A DNA stretch of 64,000 nt from TPA_inf: Saccharomyces. Taxonomy: Eukaryota. Made by a program: the position numbers and the translations under genes. Within the stretch, counting starts at the first letter, position 1. Every line of letters begins with the position of its first letter. This document shows, one piece after another, positions 56,760 through 64,000 of the stretch. The notes below the pieces were generated by a model. The model did no database searches. It worked only from the letters and a program-made list of their open reading frames with translations, and was not told where the DNA came from. The stretch spans positions 416,001-480,000 of the forward strand of contig BK006943.2 in NCBI GenBank assembly GCA_000146045.2, written 5' to 3'.

Positions 56760-58082
56760 ATGGAATCCCAACAATTATCTCAACATTCACATATTTCTCA
56801 TGGTAGCGCCTGTGCTTCGGTTACTTCTAAGGAAGTCCACACAAATCAAGATCCGTTAGACGTTTCAGCTTCCAAAACAGAAGAATGTGAGAAGGCTTCC
56901 ACTAAGGCTAACTCTCAACAGACAACAACACCTGCTTCATCAGCTGTTCCAGAGAACCCCCATCATGCCTCTCCTCAACCTGCTTCAGTACCACCTCCAC
57001 AGAATGGGCCGTACCCACAGCAGTGCATGATGACCCAAAACCAAGCCAATCCATCTGGTTGGTCATTTTACGGACACCCATCTATGATTCCGTATACACC
57101 TTATCAAATGTCGCCTATGTACTTTCCACCTGGGCCACAATCACAGTTTCCGCAGTATCCATCATCAGTTGGAACGCCTCTGAGCACTCCATCACCTGAG
57201 TCAGGTAATACATTTACTGATTCATCCTCAGCGGACTCTGATATGACATCCACTAAAAAATATGTCAGACCACCACCAATGTTAACCTCACCTAATGACT
57301 TTCCAAATTGGGTTAAAACATACATCAAATTTTTACAAAACTCGAATCTCGGTGGTATTATTCCGACAGTAAACGGAAAACCCGTACGTCAGATCACTGA
57401 TGATGAACTCACCTTCTTGTATAACACTTTTCAAATATTTGCTCCCTCTCAATTCCTACCTACCTGGGTCAAAGACATCCTATCCGTTGATTATACGGAT
57501 ATCATGAAAATTCTTTCCAAAAGTATTGAAAAAATGCAATCTGATACCCAAGAGGCAAACGACATTGTGACCCTGGCAAATTTGCAATATAATGGCAGTA
57601 CACCTGCAGATGCATTTGAAACAAAAGTCACAAACATTATCGACAGACTGAACAATAATGGCATTCATATCAATAACAAGGTCGCATGCCAATTAATTAT
57701 GAGAGGTCTATCTGGCGAATATAAATTTTTACGCTACACACGTCATCGACATCTAAATATGACAGTCGCTGAACTGTTCTTAGATATCCATGCTATTTAT
57801 GAAGAACAACAGGGATCGAGAAACAGCAAACCTAATTACAGGAGAAATCTGAGTGATGAGAAGAATGATTCTCGCAGCTATACGAATACAACCAAACCCA
57901 AAGTTATAGCTCGGAATCCTCAAAAAACAAATAATTCGAAATCGAAAACAGCCAGGGCTCACAATGTATCCACATCTAATAACTCTCCCAGCACGGACAA
58001 CGATTCCATCAGTAAATCAACTACTGAACCGATTCAATTGAACAATAAGCACGACCTTCACCTTAGGCCAGGAACTTACTGA
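56760..58082 (+). CDS. TYA: Ty1 Gag (TYA), 440 aa; the ATG lies inside the 5' LTR
   Basis: [32 protein letters not shown]... is the canonical Ty1 Gag. Confidence 0.95.
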   Translation: MESQQLSQHSHISHGSACASVTSKEVHTNQDPLDVSASKTEECEKASTKANSQQTTTPASSAVPENPHHASPQPASVPPPQNGPYPQQCMMTQNQANPSGWSFYGHPSMIPYTPYQMSPMYFPPGPQSQFPQYPSSVGTPLSTPSPESGNTFTDSSSADSDMTSTKKYVRPPPMLTSPNDFPNWVKTYIKFLQNSNLGGIIPTVNGKPVRQITDDELTFLYNTFQIFAPSQFLPTWVKDILSVDYTDIMKILSKSIEKMQSDTQEANDIVTLANLQYNGSTPADAFETKVTNIIDRLNNNGIHINNKVACQLIMRGLSGEYKFLRYTRHRHLNMTVAELFLDIHAIYEEQQGSRNSKPNYRRNLSDEKNDSRSYTNTTKPKVIARNPQKTNNSKSKTARAHNVSTSNNSPSTDNDSISKSTTEPIQLNNKHDLHLRPGTY

Positions 58083-61000
58083 ATCTACGGTAAATCACAC
58101 TAATCATTCTGATGATGAACTCCCTGGACACCTCCTTCTCGATTCAGGAGCATCACGAACCCTTATAAGATCTGCTCATCACATACACTCAGCATCATCT
58201 AATCCTGACATAAACGTAGTTGATGCTCAAAAAAGAAATATACCAATTAACGCTATTGGTGACCTACAATTTCACTTCCAGGACAACACCAAAACATCAA
58301 TAAAGGTATTGCACACTCCTAACATAGCCTATGACTTACTCAGTTTGAATGAATTGGCTGCAGTAGATATCACAGCATGCTTTACCAAAAACGTCTTAGA
58401 ACGATCTGACGGCACTGTACTTGCACCTATCGTACAATATGGAGACTTTTACTGGGTATCTAAAAGGTACTTGCTTCCATCAAATATCTCCGTACCCACC
58501 ATCAATAATGTCCATACAAGTGAAAGTACACGCAAATATCCTTATCCTTTCATTCATCGAATGCTTGCGCATGCCAATGCACAGACAATTCGATACTCAC
58601 TTAAAAATAACACCATCACGTATTTTAACGAATCAGATGTCGACTGGTCTAGTGCTATTGACTATCAATGTCCTGATTGTTTAATCGGCAAAAGCACCAA
58701 ACACAGACATATCAAAGGTTCACGACTAAAATACCAAAATTCATACGAACCCTTTCAATACCTACATACTGACATATTTGGTCCAGTTCACAACCTACCA
58801 AAAAGTGCACCATCCTATTTCATCTCATTTACTGATGAGACAACAAAATTCCGTTGGGTTTATCCATTACACGACCGTCGCGAGGACTCTATCCTCGATG
58901 TTTTTACTACGATACTAGCTTTTATTAAGAACCAGTTTCAGGCCAGTGTCTTGGTTATACAAATGGACCGTGGTTCTGAGTATACTAACAGAACTCTCCA
59001 TAAATTCCTTGAAAAAAATGGTATAACTCCATGCTATACAACCACAGCGGATTCCCGAGCACATGGAGTCGCTGAACGGCTCAACCGTACCTTATTAGAT
59101 GACTGCCGTACTCAACTGCAATGTAGTGGTTTACCGAACCATTTATGGTTCTCTGCAATCGAATTTTCTACTATTGTGAGAAATTCACTAGCTTCACCTA
59201 AAAGCAAAAAATCTGCAAGACAACATGCTGGCTTGGCAGGACTTGATATCAGTACTTTGTTACCTTTCGGTCAACCTGTTATCGTCAATGATCACAACCC
59301 TAACTCCAAAATACATCCTCGTGGCATCCCAGGTTACGCTCTACATCCGTCTCGAAACTCTTATGGATATATCATCTATCTTCCATCCTTAAAGAAGACA
59401 GTAGATACAACTAACTATGTTATTCTTCAGGGCAAGGAATCCAGATTAGATCAATTCAATTACGACGCACTCACTTTCGATGAAGACTTAAACCGTTTAA
59501 CTGCTTCATATCAATCGTTCATTGCGTCAAATGAGATCCAAGAATCCAATGATCTTAACATAGAATCTGACCATGACTTCCAATCTGACATTGAACTACA
59601 TCCTGAGCAACCGAGAAATGTCCTTTCAAAAGCTGTGAGTCCAACCGATTCCACACCTCCGTCAACTCATACTGAAGATTCGAAACGTGTTTCTAAAACC
59701 AATATTCGCGCACCCAGAGAAGTTGACCCCAACATATCTGAATCTAATATTCTTCCATCAAAGAAGAGATCTAGCACCCCCCAAATTTCCAATATCGAGA
59801 GTACCGGTTCGGGTGGTATGCATAAATTAAATGTTCCTTTACTTGCTCCCATGTCCCAATCTAACACACATGAGTCGTCGCACGCCAGTAAATCTAAAGA
59901 TTTCAGACACTCAGACTCGTACAGTGAAAATGAGACTAATCATACAAACGTACCAATATCCAGTACGGGTGGTACCAACAACAAAACTGTTCCGCAGATA
60001 AGTGACCAAGAGACTGAGAAAAGGATTATACACCGTTCACCTTCAATCGATGCTTCTCCACCGGAAAATAATTCATCGCACAATATTGTTCCTATCAAAA
60101 CGCCAACTACTGTTTCTGAACAGAATACCGAGGAATCTATCATCGCTGATCTCCCACTCCCTGATCTACCTCCAGAATCTCCTACCGAATTCCCTGACCC
60201 ATTTAAAGAACTCCCACCGATAAATTCTCATCAAACTAATTCCAGTTTGGGTGGTATTGGTGACTCTAATGCCTATACTACTATCAACAGTAAGAAAAGA
60301 TCATTAGAAGATAATGAAACTGAAATTAAGGTATCACGAGACACATGGAATACTAAGAATATGCGTAGTTTAGAACCTCCGAGATCGAAGAAACGAATTC
60401 ACCTGATTGCAGCTGTAAAAGCAGTAAAATCAATCAAACCAATACGGACAACCTTACGATACGATGAGGCAATCACCTATAATAAAGATATTAAAGAAAA
60501 AGAAAAATATATCGAGGCATACCACAAAGAAGTCAATCAACTGTTGAAGATGAAAACTTGGGACACTGACGAATATTATGACAGAAAAGAAATAGACCCT
60601 AAAAGAGTAATAAACTCAATGTTTATCTTCAACAAGAAACGTGACGGTACTCATAAAGCTAGATTTGTTGCAAGAGGTGACATTCAGCATCCTGATACGT
60701 ACGATACAGGTATGCAATCCAACACTGTACATCATTATGCGTTGATGACATCCCTGTCACTTGCATTAGACAATAACTACTATATTACACAATTAGACAT
60801 ATCTTCGGCATATTTGTATGCAGACATCAAAGAAGAATTATACATAAGACCTCCACCACATTTAGGAATGAATGATAAGTTGATACGTTTGAAGAAATCA
60901 CATTATGGATTGAAACAAAGTGGAGCGAACTGGTACGAAACTATCAAATCATACCTGATAAAACAGTGTGGTATGGAAGAAGTTCGTGGATGGTCATGCG

Positions 61001-62028
61001 TATTTAAGAATAGTCAAGTAACAATTTGCTTATTCGTTGATGATATGATATTGTTCAGCAAAGACTTAAATGCAAATAAGAAAATCATAACAACACTCAA
61101 GAAACAATACGATACAAAGATAATAAATCTGGGTGAAAGTGATAACGAAATTCAGTACGACATACTTGGCTTAGAAATCAAATATCAAAGAGGTAAATAC
61201 ATGAAATTAGGTATGGAAAACTCATTAACTGAGAAAATACCCAAATTAAACGTACCTTTGAATCCAAAAGGAAGAAAACTTAGCGCTCCAGGTCAACCAG
61301 GTCTTTATATAGACCAGGATGAACTAGAAATAGATGAAGATGAATACAAAGAGAAGGTACATGAAATGCAAAAGTTGATTGGTCTAGCTTCATATGTTGG
61401 ATATAAATTTAGATTTGACTTACTATACTACATCAACACACTTGCTCAACATATACTATTCCCCTCTAGGCAAGTTTTAGACATGACATATGAGTTAATA
61501 CAATTCATGTGGGACACTAGAGATAAACAACTGATATGGCACAAAAACAAACCTACCGAGCCAGATAATAAACTAGTCGCAATAAGCGATGCTTCATATG
61601 GTAACCAACCATATTACAAGTCACAAATTGGTAACATTTTCCTACTCAACGGAAAAGTGATTGGAGGAAAGTCGACAAAGGCTTCATTAACATGTACTTC
61701 AACTACGGAAGCAGAAATACACGCGATAAGTGAATCTGTCCCATTATTAAATAATCTAAGTTACCTGATACAAGAACTTAACAAGAAACCAATTATTAAA
61801 GGCTTACTTACTGATAGTAGATCAACGATCAGTATAATTAAGTCTACAAATGAAGAGAAATTTAGAAACAGATTTTTTGGCACAAAGGCAATGAGACTTA
61901 GAGATGAAGTATCAGGTAATAATTTATACGTATACTACATCGAGACCAAGAAGAACATTGCTGATGTGATGACAAAACCTCTTCCGATAAAAACATTTAA
62001 ACTATTAACTAACAAATGGATTCATTAG
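58066..62028 (+). CDS. TYB: Ty1 Pol (TYB: protease, integrase, reverse transcriptase, RNase H). It is expressed as a Gag-Pol fusion by +1 ribosomal frameshifting at CTTAGGC (58062-58068).
   Basis: The +1 frame is open from the frameshift heptamer to 62028. It contains the protease DSGAS, the integrase HHCC/DDE region, and RT YVDDM-like FVDDMIL. Confidence 0.9.
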   Translation, partial: GQELTESTVNHTNHSDDELPGHLLLDSGASRTLIRSAHHIHSASSNPDINVVDAQKRNIPINAIGDLQFHFQDNTKTSIKVLHTPNIAYDLLSLNELAAVDITACFTKNVLERSDGTVLAPIVQYGDFYWVSKRYLLPSNISVPTINNVHTSESTRKYPYPFIHRMLAHANAQTIRYSLKNNTITYFNESDVDWSSAIDYQCPDCLIGKSTKHRHIKGSRLKYQNSYEPFQYLHTDIFGPVHNLPKSAPSYFISFTDETTKFRWVYPLHDRREDSILDVFTTILAFIKNQFQASVLVIQMDRGSEYTNRTLHKFLEKNGITPCYTTTADSRAHGVAERLNRTLLDDCRTQLQCSGLPNHLWFSAIEFSTIVRNSLASPKSKKSARQHAGLAGLDISTLLPFGQPVIVNDHNPNSKIHPRGIPGYALHPSRNSYGYIIYLPSLKKTVDTTNYVILQGKESRLDQFNYDALTFDEDLNRLTASYQSFIASNEIQESNDLNIESDHDFQSDIELHPEQPRNVLSKAVSPTDSTPPSTHTEDSKRVSKTNIRAPREVDPNISESNILPSKKRSSTPQISNIESTGSGGMHKLNVPLLAPMSQSNTHESSHASKSKDFRHSDSYSENETNHTNVPISSTGGTNNKTVPQISDQETEKRIIHRSPSIDASPPENNSSHNIVPIKTPTTVSEQNTEESIIADLPLPDLPPESPTEFPDPFKELPPINSHQTNSSLGGIGDSNAYTTINSKKRSLEDNETEIKVSRDTWNTKNMRSLEPPRSKKRIHLIAAVKAVKSIKPIRTTLRYDEAITYNKDIKEKEKYIEAYHKEVNQLLKMKTWDTDEYYDRKEIDPKRVINSMFIFNKKRDGTHKARFVARGDIQHPDTYDTGMQSNTVHHYALMTSLSLALDNNYYITQLDISSAYLYADIKEELYIRPPPHLGMNDKLIRLKKSHYGLKQSGANWYETIKSYLIKQCGMEEVRGWSCVFKNSQVTICLFVDDMILFSKDLNANKKIITTLKKQYDTKIINLGESDNEIQYDILGLEIKYQRGKYMKLGMENSLTEKIPKLNVPLNPKGRKLSAPGQPGLYIDQDELEIDEDEYKEKVHEMQKLIGLASYVGYKFRFDLLYYINTLAQHILFPSRQVLDMTYELIQFMWDTRDKQLIWHKNKPTEPDNKLVAISDASYGNQPYYKSQIGNIFLLNGKVIGGKSTKASLTCTSTTEAEIHAISESVPLLNNLSYLIQELNKKPIIKGLLTDSRSTISIIKSTNEEKFRNRFFGTKAMRLRDEVSGNNLYVYYIETKKNIADVMTKPLPIKTFKLLTNKWIH

Positions 62029-62343
62029 ATCTATTACATTATGGGTGGTATGTTGGAATAGAAATCAACTATCATCTACTAACTAGTATTTACATTACTA
62101 GTATATTATCATATACGGTGTTAGAAGATGACGCAAATGATGAGAAATAGTCATCTAAATTAGTGGAAGCTGAAACGCAAGGATTGATAATGTAATAGGA
62201 TCAATGAATATAAACATATAAAATGATGATAATAATATTTATAGAATTGTGTAGAATTGCAGATTCCCTTTTATGGATTCCTAAATCCTTGAGGAGAACT
62301 TCTAGTATATTCTGTATACCTAATATTATAGCCTTTATCAACA

Positions 62344-63666
62344 ATGGAATCCCAACAATTATCTCAACATTCACATATTTCTCATGGTAGCGCCTGTGCT
62401 TCGGTTACTTCTAAGGAAGTCCACACAAATCAAGATCCGTTAGACGTTTCAGCTTCCAAAACAGAAGAATGTGAGAAGGCTTCCACTAAGGCTAACTCTC
62501 AACAGACAACAACACCTGCTTCATCAGCTGTTCCAGAGAACCCCCATCATGCCTCTCCTCAAACTGCTCAGTCACATTCACCACAGAATGGGCCGTACCC
62601 ACAGCAGTGCATGATGACCCAAAACCAAGCCAATCCATCTGGTTGGTCATTTTACGGACACCCATCTATGATTCCGTATACACCTTATCAAATGTCGCCT
62701 ATGTACTTTCCACCTGGGCCACAATCACAGTTTCCGCAGTATCCATCATCAGTTGGAACGCCTCTGAGCACTCCATCACCTGAGTCAGGTAATACATTTA
62801 CTGATTCATCCTCAGCGGACTCTGATATGACATCCACTAAAAAATATGTCAGACCACCACCAATGTTAACCTCACCTAATGACTTTCCAAATTGGGTTAA
62901 AACATACATCAAATTTTTACAAAACTCGAATCTCGGTGGTATTATTCCGACAGTAAACGGAAAACCCGTACGTCAGATCACTGATGATGAACTCACCTTC
63001 TTGTATAACACTTTTCAAATATTTGCTCCCTCTCAATTCCTACCTACCTGGGTCAAAGACATCCTATCCGTTGATTATACGGATATCATGAAAATTCTTT
63101 CCAAAAGTATTGAAAAAATGCAATCTGATACCCAAGAGGCAAACGACATTGTGACCCTGGCAAATTTGCAATATAATGGCAGTACACCTGCAGATGCATT
63201 TGAAACAAAAGTCACAAACATTATCGACAGACTGAACAATAATGGCATTCATATCAATAACAAGGTCGCATGCCAATTAATTATGAGAGGTCTATCTGGC
63301 GAATATAAATTTTTACGCTACACACGTCATCGACATCTAAATATGACAGTCGCTGAACTGTTCTTAGATATCCATGCTATTTATGAAGAACAACAGGGAT
63401 CGAGAAACAGTAAACCTAATTACAGGAGAAATCCGAGTGATGAGAAGAATGATTCTCGCAGCTATACGAATACAACCAAACCCAAAGTTATAGCTCGGAA
63501 TCCTCAAAAAACAAATAATTCGAAATCGAAAACAGCCAGGGCTCACAATGTATCCACATCTAATAACTCTCCCAGCACGGACAACGATTCCATCAGTAAA
63601 TCAACTACTGAACCGATTCAATTGAACAATAAGCACGACCTTCATCTTAGGCCAGAAACTTACTGA
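62344..63666 (+). CDS. TYA: Ty1 Gag (TYA) of copy 2, 440 aa
   Basis: Nearly identical to the copy 1 Gag, except for a short variant patch ([10 protein letters not shown] instead of [10 protein letters not shown]) and two point substitutions. Confidence 0.95.
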
Positions 63667-64000
63667 ATCTACAGTAAATCATACTAATCATTCTGATGAT
63701 GAACTCCCTGGACACCTCCTTCTCGATTCAGGAGCATCACGAACCCTTATAAGATCTGCTCATCACATACACTCAGCATCATCTAATCCTGACATAAACG
63801 TAGTTGATGCTCAAAAAAGAAATATACCAATTAACGCTATTGGTGACCTACAATTTCACTTCCAGGACAACACCAAAACATCAATAAAGGTATTGCACAC
63901 TCCTAACATAGCCTATGACTTACTCAGTTTGAATGAATTGGCTGCAGTAGATATCACAGCATGCTTTACCAAAAACGTCTTAGAACGGTCTGACGGCACT
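63650..64000 (+). CDS. TYB: Ty1 Pol (TYB) of copy 2, N-terminal part only; the frameshift site CTTAGGC is at 63646-63652
   Basis: The same heptamer is present and the +1 frame stays open to the window end (..[14 protein letters not shown]..). Confidence 0.85.

Larger units (their letters stand above)
56463..62384 (+). mobile_element. Full-length Ty1 retrotransposon (copy 1). The 5' LTR is 56463-56800 (338 bp), the PBS TGGTAGCGCC is at 56801-56810, the PPT GGGTGGTA at 62043-62050, and the 3' LTR at 62051-62384 (334 bp).
   Basis: TG...CA LTR termini. The PBS is complementary to the tRNAi-Met 3' end. The TYA and TYB ORFs, the CTTAGGC +1 frameshift site and the PPT are all present. Length is 5922 bp. 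Confidence 0.95.
62051..64000 (+). mobile_element. Second Ty1 (copy 2) in direct tandem, truncated by the window end. Its 5' LTR (62051-62384) is the same physical LTR as the 3' LTR of copy 1. The PBS is at 62385-62394.
   Basis: The LTR is followed immediately by TGGTAGCGCC and a second TYA ORF. Confidence 0.9.

Overview
This window is Saccharomyces cerevisiae nuclear DNA from the pericentromeric region of chromosome X. Identification rests on gene order and on protein sequences I recognise from memory; I ran no database search. Left to right: the 5' exon of a minus-strand tRNA-Trp sits at the window edge, next to degenerate LTR remnants. Then come NOP9(-), CCT8(-), a solo delta LTR with tRNA-Met(CAU), CTK2(-), tRNA-Leu(UAA)(-), CYR1(+, 2026 aa adenylate cyclase), SYS1(-), COX16(+), OST1(-) and PRE3(+, spliced). 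A complete point centromere, CDEI-CDEII-CDEIII, lies at ~20305-20425. This matches CEN10, because gene names switch from YJL to YJR here. After it come AVT1(+), MPP10(+), YJR003C(-), SAG1(-), APL1(+), LSO1(-), POL31(+), SUI2(+), MHO1(+), TDH2(-), MET3(+), SPC1(-), YJR011C(-), YJR012C(-), GPI14(+), TMA22(+), YJR015W(+), ILV3(-), ESS1(-), TES1(-), REC107/MER2(-, meiotic intron with non-canonical GUUCGU donor), LSM8(+), MDE1(-) and BNA1(-). The window ends in two tandem Ty1 retrotransposons that share one central LTR; the second is truncated by the window end. Several textbook promoter elements can be read directly from the sequence: MET3 Cbf1/Met31 sites, the SAG1 P'Q box, a POL31 MCB, a TES1 ORE, an ILV3 Gcn4 site, a PRE3 PACE, and MPP10 PAC/RRPE. 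The ORF track evidently calls GTG/TTG starts as M, so I trimmed several N-terminal extensions back to the first ATG. Nothing prokaryotic is present (no CRISPR or operons). The most interesting structure is the centromere together with the pericentromeric tRNA/LTR/Ty1 landscape. This includes an ORF remnant lying flush against a Ty1 LTR, and a Ty1 tandem whose outer and shared LTRs differ.
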